Shown piece after piece: positions 50,700 to 64,000 of a stretch of DNA of 64,000 nucleotides. Origin of the DNA: Eledone cirrhosa (Eukaryota). Position numbers and translations under genes: made by a program. Positions within the stretch are counted from its first letter, which is position 1. Each line of letters opens with the position of its first letter. The notes under the pieces were generated by a model. That model ran no database searches, was not told the origin of the DNA, and worked only from the letters and a program-made list of their open reading frames with translations. The stretch lies in NCBI GenBank assembly GCA_964016885.1, contig OZ024764.1, positions 8,556,001 through 8,620,000 on the forward strand. The letters run 5' to 3'.

Positions 50700-53600
50700 T
50701 TGGCCTTAATGGTAGCACCAGCCCTGTAAGGTTCAGTAATGCACCTCTCTGAGGTCTGTGCCCTAGTTGGCCTTAATGGTAGCACCAGCCCTGTATAAAA
50801 CTGATCCTTTAAGGTTCAGTAATGCACCTCTCTGAGGTCTGTGCCCTAGTTGGCCTTAATGGTAGCACCAGCCCTGTATAAAACTGATCCTTTAAGGTTC
50901 AGTAATGCACCTCTCTGAGGTCTGTGCCCTAGTTGGCCTTAATGGTAGCACCACCCCTGTATAAAACTGATCCTTTAAGGTTCGGTAATGCACCTCTCTG
51001 AGGTCTGTGCCCTAGTTGGCCTTAATGGTAGCACCACCCCTGTATAAAACTGATCCTTTAAGGTTCAGTAATGCACCTCTCTGAGGTCTGTGCCCTAGTT
51101 GGCCTTAATGGTAGCACCACCCCTGTATAAAACTGATCCTTTAAGGTTCAGTAATGCACCTCTCTGAGGTCTGTGCCCTAGTTGGCCTTAATGGTAGCAC
51201 CACCCCTGTATAAAACTGATCCTTTAAGGTTCAGTAATGCACATCTCTGAGGTCTGTGCCCTAGTTGGCCTTAATGGTAGCACCACCCCTGTATAAAACT
51301 GATCTTTTAAGGTTCAGTAATGCACCTCTCTGAGGTCTGTGCCCTAGTTGGCCTTAATGGTAGCACCAGCCCTGTATAAAACTGATCCTTTAAGGTTCAG
51401 TAATGCACCTCTCTGAGGTCTGTGCCCTAGTTGGCCTTAATGGTAGCACCACCCCTGTATAAAACTGATCTCTCTGAGGTCTGTGCCCTAGTTGGCCTTA
51501 ATGGTAGCACCACCCCTGTATAAAACTGATCTTTTAAGGTTCAGTAATGCACCTCTCTGAGGTCTGTGCCCTAGTTGGCCTTAATGGTAGCACCAGCCCT
51601 GTATAAAACTGATCCTTTAAGGTTCAGTAATGCACCTCTCTGAGGTCTGTGCCCTAGTTGGCCTTAATGGTAGCACCAGCCCTGTAAGGTTCAGTAATGC
51701 ACATCTCTGAGGTCTGTGCCCTAGTTGGCCTTAATGGTAGCACCACTCCTGTATAAAACTGATCCTTTAAGGTTCAGTAATGCACCTCTCTGAGGTCTGT
51801 GCCCTAGTTGGCCTTAATGGTAGCACCACCCCTGTAAGGTTCAGTAATGCACATCTCTGAGGTCTGTGCCCTAGTTGGCCTTAATGGTAGCACCACTCCT
51901 GTATAAAACTGATCCTTTAAGGTTCAGTAATGCACCTCTCTGAGGTCTGTGCCCTAGTTGGCCTTAATGGTAGCACCAGCCCTGTATAAAACTGATCTTT
52001 TAAGGTTCAGTAATGCACCTCTCTGAGGTCTGTGCCCTAGTTGGCCTTAATGGTAGCACCACCCCTGTATAAAACTGATCTTTTAAGGTTCAGTAATGCA
52101 CCTCTCTGAGGTCTGTGCCCTAGTTGGCCTTAATGGTAGCACCACCCCTGTATAAAACTGATCTTTTAAGGTTCAGTAATGCACCTCTCTGAGGTCTGTG
52201 CCCTAGTTGGCCTTAATGGTAGCACCACCCCTGTATAAAACTGATCCTTTAAGGTTCAGTAATGCACCTCTCTGAGGTCTGTGCCCTAGTTGGCCTTAAT
52301 GGTAGCACCACCCCTGTAAGGTTCAGTAATGCACATCTCTGAGGTCTGTGCCCTAGTTGGCCTTAATGGTAGCACCACTCCTGTATAAAACTGATCCTTT
52401 AAGGTTCAGTAATGCACCTCTCTGAGGTCTGTGCCCTAGTTGGCCTTAATGGTAGCACCACCCCTGTATAAAACTGATCTTTTAAGGTTCAGTAATGCAC
52501 CTCTCTGAGGTCTGTGCCCTAGTTGGCCTTAATGGTAGCACCACCCCTGTATAAAACTGATCTTTTAAGGTTCAGTAATGCACCTCTCTGAGGTCTGTGC
52601 CCTAGTTGGCCTTAATGGTAGCACCACCCCTGTATAAAACTGATCTTTTAAGGTTCAGTAATGCACCTCTCTGAGGTCTGTGCCCTAGTTGGCCTTAATG
52701 GTAGCACCACCCCTGTATAAAACTGATCTTTTAAGGTTCAGTAATGCACCTCTCTGAGGTCTGTGCCCTAGTTGGCCTTAATGGTAGCACCACCCCTGTA
52801 TAAAACTGATCTTTTAAGGTTCAGTAATGCACCTCTCTGAGGTCTGTGCCCTAGTTGGCCTTAATGGTAGCACCAGCCCTGTAAGGTTCAGTAATGCACA
52901 TCTCTGAGGTCTGTGCCCTAGTTGGCCTTAATGGTAGCACCACCCCTGTAAGGTTCAGTAATGCACATCTCTGAGGTCTGTGCCCTAGTTGGCCTTAATG
53001 GTAGCACCACTCCTGTATAAAACTGATCCTTTAAGGTTCAGTAATGCACCTCTCTGAGGTCTGTGCCCTAGTTGGCCTTAATGGTAGCACCACCCCTGTA
53101 TAAAACTGATCTTTTAAGGTTCAGTAATGCACCTCTCTGAGGTCTGTGCCCTAGTTGGCCTTAATGGTAGCACCACCCCTGTATAAAACTGATCTTTTAA
53201 GGTTCAGTAATGCACCTCTCTGAGGTCTGTGCCCTAGTTGGCCTTAATGGTAGCACCACCCCTGTATAAAACTGATCTTTTAAGGTTCAGTAATGCACCT
53301 CTCTGAGGTCTGTGCCCTAGTTGGCCTTAATGGTAGCACCACCCCTGTATAAAACTGATCTTTTAAGGTTCAGTAATGCACCTCTCTGAGGTCTGTGCCC
53401 TAGTTGGCCTTAATGGTAGCACCACCCCTGTATAAAACTGATCTTTTAAGGTTCAGTAATGCACCTCTCTGAGGTCTGTGCCCTAGTTGGCCTTAATGGT
53501 AGCACCACCCCTGTATAAAACTGATCTTTTAAGGTTCAGTAATGCACCTCTCTGAGGTCTGTGCCCTAGTTGGCCTTAATGGTAGCACCACCCCTGTATA

Positions 53601-53925
53601 AAACTGATCCTTTAAGGTTCAGTAATGCACATCTCTGAGGTCTGTGCCCTAGTTGGCCTTAATGGTAGCACCACCCCTGTAAGGTTCAGTAATGCACCTC
53701 TCTGAGGTCTGTGCCCTAGTTGGCCTTAATGGTAGCACCACCCCTGTAAGGTTCAGTAATGCACCTCTCTGAGGTCTGTGCCCTAGTTGGCCTTAATGGT
53801 AGCACCACCCCTGTATAAAACTGATCTTTTAAGGTTCAGTAATGCACCTCTCTGAGGTCTGTGCCCTAGTTGGCCTTAATGGTAGCACCACCCCTGTATA
53901 AAACTGATCTCTCTGAGGTCTGTGT
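50700..53925. repeat. 83-bp minisatellite (~40 copies, with shorter deletion variants)
   Basis: Unit AAGGTTCAGTAATGCACCTCTCTGAGGTCTGTGCCCTAGTTGGCC...; a solo monomer is at ~47935-48020. Confidence 0.95.
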
Positions 53926-54389
53926 CCTAGGTGGCTGCCTAGTTAACTTTAATGGTAACACCAATTCTTCTTTAATGAAAGCATGGTACATGCAAACAAG
54001 CCATACTGTTCTGAGAGTGACAGATGTAATGGAATGTTTGTATTAGAATAATAAAAACTTTATTATAAACCTGTTGAGTGGGTCTTAAAACAACACCACT
54101 GAAACTTAACTGACATATGCCAGTCCTGTGAGGTCAGTAGTTTTGATTGAACAGCAGACCTGGTTCAGAATGACCTATCCTGCCCAGGACTGATGCTACA
54201 ATTAAAGCCAACTAGGGAGACTCCTAGGGCAGAATTGATGCTACCATTAACTTTTTAACATTTAAACCGGCTATATCTGGCCAGAATTCTCTAACCTCTT
54301 TCTGTTCAAACTGGCTGTAACTGGCCACTCATACTGATGTTTAGGTATTGTTCTCAAAGAAATAACATCAAAATCTTATAGATTCGATA

Positions 54390-55285
54390 TTATGTGAGAT
54401 ATTATGTGAGATGAAGCCTTTACTGTGAAAATACAATAGTATATATAGAGTAATGTAAATGTTATGTGAGATATTATGTGAGATGAAGCTTTTACTGTGA
54501 TAATATAATAGTATATATAGAGTAATGTAAATGTTATGTGAGATATTATGTGAGATGAAGCCTTTACTGTGAACATACAATAGTATATATAGAGTAATGT
54601 AAATGTTATGTGAGATATTATGTGAGGTAAAGCCTTTACTGTGACAATACAATAGTATATATAGAGTAATGTAAATGTTATGTGAGATATTAGTGAGGTA
54701 AAGCCTTTACTGTGAAAATAAAATAGTATATATAGAGTGGTTTCTTTATTTGTCACTAGAGCACAAAAGGTAGGTAATGTAAATGTTATGTGAGATATTA
54801 TGTGAGGTAAAGCCTTTACAGTGAAAATATAATAGTATATATAGAGTAATGTAAATGCTATGTGAGATATTATGTGAGGTAAAGCCTTTACTGTGAAAAT
54901 ATAATAGTATATATAGAGTAATGTAAATGTTATGTGAGATATTATGTGAGGTAAAGACTTTACTGTGAAAATACAATAGTATATATAGAGTAATGTAAAT
55001 GTTATGTGAGATATTATGTGAGGTAAAGCCTTTACTGTGACAATACAATAGTATATATAGAGTAATGTAAATGTTATGTGAGATATTATGTGAGGTAAAG
55101 CCTTTACTGTGACAATACAATAGTATATATAGAGTAATGTAAATGTAATGTGAGATATTATGTGAGGTAAAGCCTTTACTGTGAAAATACAATAGTATAT
55201 ATAGAGTAATGTAAATGTTATGTGAGATATTATGTGAGGTAAAGCCTTTACTGTGAAAATATAATAGTATATATAGAGTAAGGTG
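54390..55285. repeat. 72-bp minisatellite expanded inside a piggyBac-like MITE (54250-55297)
   Basis: The unit equals the MITE internal segment ATATTATGTGAGGTAAAGCCTTTAC...GAGTAATGTAAATG. The MITE right end follows the array. Confidence 0.9.
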
Positions 55286-55589
55286 AATGCTAAAGGGTTA
55301 GATGGGAAAAAAAATGCTGGGTACTTTTAGAATGCACCTTGTATACCATTGTAAACAACATTCTCCCTAAGTTGCACAGTTACTGTGCAGTTGTTGCACA
55401 CTCCAGAATGTTAGCCCACATCATCATCATCATCATCATCGTTTAACGTCCATCTTCCACGCTAGCATGGGTTAGGTGGGACTTGTCCCACTTGAGGCAA
55501 GATTGATCAGGTGACCGTGTCTTGCTCATATAGGAGTGTATCTGGCAGGTTTCCTACGGCTGGATGCCCTACCTAACACCAACCACATT

Positions 55590-58500
55590 TACAGTGTGGA
55601 CTGGGAGCCTTTTTACCGTGTCTCCTACACGACCACTTTACAGTGTGGACTGGGAGCCTTTTTACTGTGTCTCCTACATGACCACTTTACAGTGTGGACT
55701 GGGAGCCTTTTTACTGTGTCTCCTACACGACCACTTTACAGTGTGGACTGGGAGCCTTTTTACCGTGTCTCCTACATGACCACTTTACAGTGTGGACTGG
55801 GAGCCTTTTTACTGTTTCACCTACATGACCACTTTACAGTGTGGACTGGGAGCCTTTTTACCGTGTCTCCTACATGACCACTTTACAGTGTGGACTGGGA
55901 GCCTTTTCACTGTGTCTCCTACATGACCACTTTACAGTGTGGACTGGGAGCCTTTTTACTGTGTCTCCTACATGACCACTTTACAGTGTGGACTGGGAGC
56001 CTTTTTACTGTGTCTCCTACATGACCACTTTACAGTGTGGACTGGGAGCCTTTTTACTGTGTCTCCTACATGACCACTTTACAGTGTGGACTGGGAGCCT
56101 TTTTACTGTGTCTCCTACATGACCACTTTACAGTGTGGACTGGGAGCCTTTTTACTGTGTCTCCTACATGACCACTTTACAGTGTGGACTGGAAGCCTTT
56201 TTACCATGTCTTCTACATGACCACTTTACAGTGTGGACTGGGAGCCTTTTTACCGTGTCTCCTACACGACCACTTTACAGTGTGGACTGGGAGCCTTTTT
56301 ACCATGTCTCCTACATGACCACTTTACAGTGTGGACTGGGAGCCTTTATACTGTGTCTCCTACATGACCACTTTACAGTGTGGACTGGGAGCCTTTTTAC
56401 CGTGTCTCCTACATGACCACTTTACAGTGTGGACTGGGAGCCTTTATACTGTGTCTCCTACATGACCACTTTACAGTGTGGACTGGAAGCCTTTTTACCA
56501 TGTCTCCTACATGACCACTTTACAGTGTGGACTGGGAGCCTTTTTACCGTGTCTCCTACATGACCACTTTACAGTGTGGACTGGGAGCCTTTATACTGTG
56601 TCTCCTACATGACCACTTTACAGTGTGGACTGGGAGCCTTTTTACCGTGTCTCCTACATGACCACTTTACAGTGTGGACTGGGAGCCTTTTTACCGTGTC
56701 TCCTACATGACCACCTTACAGTGTGGACTGGGAGCCTTTTTACTGTGTCTCCTACATGACCACCTTACAGTGTGGACTGGGAGCCTTTTTACTGTGTCTC
56801 CTACACTACCACTTTACAGTGTGGACTGGGAGCCTTTTTACTGTGTCTCCTACATGACCACTTTACAGTGTGGACTGGGAGCCTTTTTACCGTGTCTCCT
56901 ACACGACCACTTTACAGTGTGGACTGGGAGCCTTTTTACCGTGTCTCCTACACGACCACTTTACAGTGTGGACTGGGAGCCTTTTTACCGTGTCTCCTAC
57001 ACGACCACTTTACAGTGTGGACTGGGAGCCTTTTTACCGTGTCTCCTACACGACCACTTTACAGTGTGGACTGGGAGCCTTTTTACCGTGTCTCCTACAT
57101 GACCACTTTACAGTGTGGACTGGGAGCCTTTTTACCGTGTCTCCTACATGACCACTTTACAGTGTGGACTGGGAGCCTTTTTACCGTGTCTCCTACATGA
57201 CCACTTTACAGTGTGGACTGGGAGCCTTTTTACCGTGTCTCCTACATGACCACTTTACAGTGTGGACTGGGAGCCTTTTTACCGTGTCTCCTACATGACC
57301 ACTTTACAGTGTGGACTGGGAGCCTTTTTACTGTGTCTCCTACATGACCACTTTACAGTGTGGACTGGGAGCCTTTTTACCGTGTCTCCTACATGACCAC
57401 TTTACAGTGTGGACTGGGAGCCTTTTTACTGTGTCTCCTACATGACCACTTTACAGTGTGGACTGGGAGCCTTTTTACCGTGTCTCCTACATGACCACTT
57501 TACAGTGTGGACTGGGAGCCTTTTTACCGTGTCTCCTACACGACCACTTTACAGTGTGGACTGGAAGCCTTTTTACCGTGTCTTCTACATGACCACTTTA
57601 CAGTGTGGACTGGGAGCCTTTTTACCGTGTCTCCTACATGACCACTTTACAGTGTGGACTGGAAGCCTTTTTACCGTGTCTCCTACATGACCACTTTACA
57701 GTGTGGACTGGAAGCCTTTTTACCGTGTCTCCTACATGACCACTTTACAGTGTGGACTGGGAGCCTTTTTACCGTGTCTCCTACATGACCACTTTACAGT
57801 GTGGACTGGGAGCCTTTTTACCGTGTCTCCTACACGACCACTTTACAGTGTGGACTGGGAGCCTTTTTACCGTGTCTCCTACATGACCACTTTACAGTGT
57901 GGACTGGAAGCCTTTTTACCGTGTCTTCTACATGACCACTTTACAGTGTGGACTGGGACCCTTTTTACCGTGTCTCCTACACGACCACTTTACAGTGTGG
58001 ACTGGGAGCCTTTTTACCGTGTCTCTTACATGACCACTTTACAGTGTGGACTGGGAGCCTTTTTACCATGTATCCTACATGACCACTTTACAGTGTGGAC
58101 TGGGAGCCTTTTTACCGTGTCTCCTACATGACCACTTTACAGTGTGGACTGGGAGCCTTTTTACCGTGTCTCCTACATGACCACCTTACAGTGTGGACTG
58201 GGAGCCTTTTTACTGTGTCTCCTACATGACCACCTTACAGTGTGGACTGGGAGCCTTTTTACTGTGTCTCCTACACTACCACTTTACAGTGTGGACTGGG
58301 AGCCTTTTTACCGTGTCTCCTACATGACCACTTTACAGTGTGGACTGGGAGCCTTTTTACTGTTTCACCTACATGACCACTTTACAGTGTGGACTGGGAG
58401 CCTTTTTACCGTGTCTCCTACATGACCACTTTACAGTGTGGACTGGGAGCCTTTTCACTGTGTCTCCTACATGACCACTTTACAGTGTGGACTGGGAGCC

Positions 58501-60700
58501 TTTTTACTGTGTCTCCTACATGACCACTTTACAGTGTGGACTGGGAGCCTTTTTACTGTGTCTCCTACATGACCACTTTACAGTGTGGACTGGGAGCCTT
58601 TTTACTGTGTCTCCTACATGACCACTTTACAGTGTGGACTGGGAGCCTTTTTACTGTGTCTCCTACATGACCACTTTACAGTGTGGACTGGGAGCCTTTT
58701 TACTGTGTCTCCTACATGACCACTTTACAGTGTGGACTGGAAGCCTTTTTACCATGTCTTCTACATGACCACTTTACAGTGTGGACTGGGAGCCTTTTTA
58801 CCGTGTCTCCTACACGACCACTTTACAGTGTGGACTGGGAGCCTTTTTACCATGTCTCCTACATGACCACTTTACAGTGTGGACTGGGAGCCTTTATACT
58901 GTGTCTCCTACATGACCACTTTACAGTGTGGACTGGGAGCCTTTTTACCGTGTCTCCTACATGACCACTTTACAGTGTGGACTGGGAGCCTTTATACTGT
59001 GTCTCCTACATGACCACTTTACAGTGTGGACTGGGAGCCTTTTTACCATGTCTCCTACATGACCACTTTACAGTGTGGACTGGGAGCCTTTTTACCGTGT
59101 CTCCTACATGACCACTTTACAGTGTGGACTGGGAGCCTTTATACTGTGTCTCCTACATGACCACTTTACAGTGTGGACTGGGAGCCTTTTTACCGTGTCT
59201 CCTACATGACCACTTTACAGTGTGGACTGGGAGCCTTTTTACCGTGTCTCCTACATGACCACCTTACAGTGTGGACTGGGAGCCTTTTTACTGTGTCTCC
59301 TACATGACCACCTTACAGTGTGGACTGGGAGCCTTTTTACTGTGTCTCCTACACTACCACTTTACAGTGTGGACTGGGAGCCTTTTTACTGTGTCTCCTA
59401 CATGACCACTTTACAGTGTGGACTGGGAGCCTTTTTACCGTGTCTCCTACACGACCACTTTACAGTGTGGACTGGGAGCCTTTATACTGTGTCTCCTACA
59501 TGACCACTTTACAGTGTGGACTGGGAGCCTTTTTACCGTGTCTCCTACATGACCACTTTACAGTGTGGACTGGGAGCCTTTTTACTGTCTCCTACATGAC
59601 CACCTTACAGTGTGGAGTGGGAGCCTTTTTACTGTGTCTCCTACACGACCACCTTACAGTGTGGACTGGGAGCCTTTTTACTGTCTCCTACATGACCACT
59701 TTACAGTGTGGACTGGGAGCCTTTTTACTGTGTCTCCTACATGACCACTCTACAGTGTGGACTGGGTGCCTTTTTACTGTGTCTCCTACACGACCACTTT
59801 ACAGTGTGGACTGGGAGCCTTTTTACTGTGTCTCCTACATGACCACTTTACAGTGTGGACTGGGAGCCTTTTTACCGTGTCTCCTACATGACCACTTTAC
59901 AGTGTGGACTGGGAGCCTTTTTACCGTGTCTCCTACACGACCACTTTACAGTGTGGACTGGAAGCCTTTTTACCGTGTCTCCTACACGACCACTTTACAG
60001 TGTGGACTGGGAGCCTTTTTACCGTGTCTCCTACACGACCACTTTACAGTGTGGACTGGGAGCCTTTTTACCGTGTCTCCTACATGACCACTTTACAGTG
60101 TGGACTGGGAGCCTTTTTACCGTGTCTCCTACATGACCACTTTACAGTGTGGACTGGGAGCCTTTTTACCGTGTCTCCTACACGACCACTTTACAGTGTG
60201 GACTGGGAGCCTTTTTACTGTCTCCTACATGACCACCTTACAGTGTGGAGTGGGAGCCTTTTTACTGTGTCTCCTACACGACCACCTTACAGTGTGGACT
60301 GGGAGCCTTTTTACTGTGTCTCCTACATGACCACTTTACAGTGTGGACTGGGAGCCTTTTTACTGTGTCTCCTACATGACCACTTTACAGTGTGGACTGG
60401 GAGCCTTTTTACTGTGTCTCCTACACGACCACTTTACAGTGTGGACTGGGAGCCTTTTTACTGTGTCTCCTACATGACCACTTTACAGTGTGGACTGGGA
60501 GCCTTTTTACTGTGTCTCCTACATGACCACTTTACAGTGTGGACTGGGAGCCTTTTTACTGTGTCTCCTACATGACCACTTTACAGTGTGGACTGGGAGC
60601 CTTTTTACCGTGTCCCGTACATGACCACATTACAGCGTGGACTGGGAACCTTTTTACCGTGACAACTACATGACCACATTACAGTGTGGACTGGGTGCTT
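55590..60700. repeat. 49-bp minisatellite (~104 copies) inside a minus-strand RTE 3'UTR (element 55420-61015)
   Basis: Period 49. Flanks match the unexpanded elements at 17390-17946 and 29463-30095. Confidence 0.97.
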
Positions 60701-62129
60701 TTTGTCGTGACACCTACACCACATCTTTAGTGTGGACTGGATGTTTTGTGGTACCAACATAACTTTAAAGAGAAAGAGTGGTGTTGGTGCGAGAGGGAGG
60801 ATGGAGTAGGAGTAGTGGGTTGGGGTGTATATTTGGTTAAGCGGTGCCTATTGACTGTAGGTTTAACTTTGTATGTAAGGGAAGGTGGGTCTTCTGTAAA
60901 CCTGCGTAGCACCAAAGGTCTCGATCCAGTGACATTGTCTTGTAAGTGTGCAAGGTCAGATTTTATCATGTCGTCCCATGTTTTTCTGGGTCTACCCACC
61001 CCGTAGCTTCCATCAATATATCAAATTTTTTGCTGAGGGCTTTTTGGGTAGTGGGGTGGGGGATTGAAGGGGACATTGATGTTTAACTCATTCTCTTTCT
61101 AATTTTCTATGTTCTAGGTACCATACATTTTCCTTGACCACTACAGTATTCCACTGTCCAGTAGAGAAGCCAGTCAAACCACAACAGTATTCCTCAAGCC
61201 CTTTAAAGAAGACCGCTGACCCTTGAAGAGATCACTGAACTCTAAAAGGAAGTTACTGAGCCCTATATATGAGGCCATCAAACTACTAGAGAAGCTTGGA
61301 CCACTGGACCAGCAGGGAAGCTCAAATGACCACTACAACAATCCACTCAATCATGAGAAAAGCTCAACTGACCTCTAGAAAAGCCTAACTGACCACTACA
61401 ACAGTCTATTAAACCACTAAAACAGCCTAATGAGCACTGACAGAGTGTACTAAACCACCAGAAAACCTTAACTGACCACTAAAACAGACCACTAAGCCAT
61501 AGAGGAGCCAAACTGACCACTAAAGTAGTCCATTGACCCTTAAACAAGCCAATGAACGCTACAAAAACTCACTCATTTTTACAGTAACCCTCTGCTCCTT
61601 AACAAGGTCATTTCAGCAGGTCCTCAGAGTTCACAGTAGCCCTCTCACTTCTATAGGGGCCCTTCCATCTCTATAAGACCTACTGGAGACAACCCACATT
61701 ACAGAGCCCTGTTGAGCCCTATATGAAACCACCTACACTACTGAAACCTTCATACATCAACAGGGGCCATTTATCTTCTATTAGAATCCTCTACAGGGAT
61801 TCTTTTGAGCCCTGCAAGAGGCTACCTAACACAAGAGGGGCTCTGACTTTTACTGGGACACTGACACCCCTACAAATATCCTGTTGAGCCCATCGGGACA
61901 CTATTCAACTGATCCTAGGGCCTGCTTTCTGGGTGCTTACCTCAGGAACTCCTCCATCACATCCATAGAATTTCTTCATTTGGTTGTCACAGAAACGCTG
62001 ATACCGATAAAGGGTGGTTGTGGTGGTGGTGGTGGAAGAGCAGGTTTGGTGGTCGTGATAGTACAACAACACTACCACTATCAATCCCACCACCACCACT
62101 ACTAACATCGCCAACAACAACAGGTCACC

Positions 62130-63762
62130 ATGGCAACAGAAATGGATTCTCAAGGTTGGGCGCAGATCCACTATGCTGCGCTTTCTGGTTACATATTGTC
62201 TGTGGAGAAGTATATTGAAGAGGACCCTGAGCTGTTGGAATATGAAACTGCTGACAACCTTAATATGACCCCCTTCCTGCTGGCTGTGAAGGGCGGGAAA
62301 CTTGACTGTGTAAAGTTCCTAATCAAAAAGGGAGCAAAGATCAGTGCCATGAACGCTGAGCATCAAGGGGCCGTGGAGATCTCAATGATAAAGAAAGACA
62401 GGGCCCTACTTCAGTACTTTGTAGATGAAAATTATCTGGAACTTCCTGTCTGGAGTAAGCTGATCAACAGTTTGATGTCGGATAATTTCAATGAGGCAGC
62501 TAAAGCGGGAGAGAGCCTGAAGATTTTGACGGAATGTCCAAATGAAGTGACAACAGAATTCCTGAAGTCTCTGACATCATCGCAGTTGTGGTCCGTGAAA
62601 GAGAATCCAAACTGGGACCACCTGCTGAAGGAAGAGCGGATAAGCTCGCTGGTGAAACTGCTGCGAGGGAACTTGATTGGATGTGTCCAAACCCCTATCA
62701 TTATGTCGCTGTTGAACATGACCAGATCGGAGAATATGGCCAAAGAAATGGTAAAAAAAGGGGTGATGACGTCGCTGGCGAAACTTCTGAAATCTTCGGA
62801 CCGCGATGTGTTGAAAGCCACTATAATGGTGCTGATGGTGTTTGCAAATGTCCCCAGCTATGCAGAAGCTGAAATCAATGAAAACATTCCAGCAATTTTG
62901 GTGAAAGTTATCAAGCGTCAAACAAATGCTGACATCCTCGGCTTAACACTCCATGTCCTCGCAAATATTTCAAACACAAATACGAAAAACCAGATTGCTG
63001 TGGTCAACACAGGCGACCTAATAGCCACTGTGGTCAATTTGTTCAAGCTCCACTCCAACAACAAAACCCTGAGTGCTGATCTAACTAACGCCATCAGGAG
63101 ATTTGTGTCGTTGAACAAGAGCGCCCAGTGTGCTTTCATTCAGAAAGATATAATAACATATTTGTTAATGGTACTTACAAAGACACGCGTACGTGACCTG
63201 CAACTGAACGTGGTCGATATTATCCGATATCTGGCCAATAACAACCCTGAGACCCAACAAGCCATATTAAACGAACAGCTTGACAAAAACCTAATGGAGC
63301 TATTCAACAAAGGTAGGTCAGAGATGCTCCAGGAAAAGACCGCCAGTTGTCTGTGGGCAGTTGCTGGATCTAACATCTACGTGCAGCGTAAAATGGCTTC
63401 GAGGATTGGCGTGCCTTTGCTATTGAGCTTCATAAAGTCAATGACCAGGAACCTGCATCTTATCGGCTCGGATGCGCTGGGCGTCCTGGCACAGGGGCCG
63501 ATCAGCTACCGGAACGATATCGCACCTCAAGGAACCTCCACCCTGGTCCAGCTGTTGAGGACAAAACGAGAAGACATTATCCTCAGTGCTACTCGTACCT
63601 TGCGACACTTGTGCCTCGCTACGGGCTTCATCAGCTACTCTCAGAACCAGATATTGATCATCCAAACTAACGGGATTAAGTACCTCACCACCCTGATGAG
63701 CCAATCTGAAAGCCTGACAATCCAGGTTGAAGCTGCCCTCACTCTCAGTTACATTGTACTAG
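62130..63762 (+). CDS. ANKAR: Ankyrin and armadillo repeat-containing protein (ANKAR-like), large first coding exon; continues beyond window
   Basis: Uninterrupted 544-codon frame. N-terminal ankyrin repeats (GWAQIHYAALSG, NMTPFLLAVKGGKLDCVKFLIKKGA) are followed by helical ARM-like repeats (LAKLLKS, LVQLLRT, VEAALTLSY). Kozak ACCATGG; donor CTAG|GTTAGT at 63763. Orthology to vertebrate ANKAR is not verified. Confidence 0.8.
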
Positions 63763-63817
63763 GTTAGTCCCAGTATTTTACACCAATTGTTTCTCTTTAA
63801 ATAGTTTTTAGAATTCT

Positions 63818-63990
63818 TCGTCATCATCACCATCACCATCATCACCATCATCACCATCATCATCGTCATCACCATCATTGTCATCATCATCATCATCACC
63901 ATCACCATCACCATCATCATCATCATATCACCACCATCACCACCATCATCACCACCACTTCCATCACCACCACCACCATCATCATTATCT
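63818..63990. repeat. (CAT/CAC)n microsatellite
   Basis: Direct inspection; intronic. Confidence 0.9.
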
Positions 63991-64000
63991 AAGCCAAAAG

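Noticed and set aside
55536-60575. Many DWEPFY.../HDHFTVW ORFs
   Set aside because: Frame-cycling translations of a 49-bp satellite.

Overview
AT-rich, repeat-dense animal genomic DNA. The SINE/LINE families and microsatellite load suggest an octopus or other coleoid cephalopod, but this is inference. The left ~42 kb holds 14 minus-strand coding exons of an SFSWAP/suppressor-of-white-apricot splicing regulator. They have GT-AG boundaries and compatible phases, total 2807 nt (~935 aa), encode DRY_EERY, two SURP domains and an RS region, and the gene continues past base 1. At the right end, a 1.6-kb plus-strand exon encodes an ankyrin + armadillo repeat (ANKAR-like) protein, with RFX X-box-like motifs nearby. 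Introns and intergenic DNA contain RTE, CR1 and Tx1/L1-like LINE remnants, tRNA-derived SINEs, MITEs, a decayed Tc1/mariner transposase and about 20 minisatellite arrays, many traceable to TE fragments or exon junctions. Most notable: minimal type-I hammerhead ribozyme motifs in two Penelope-like repeat families; a candidate poison cassette exon splitting the DRY motif of SFSWAP; duplicated splice acceptors; a Tx1-like LINE family apparently targeting (TATC)n; and a 33-bp palindromic hairpin array beside exon 2.
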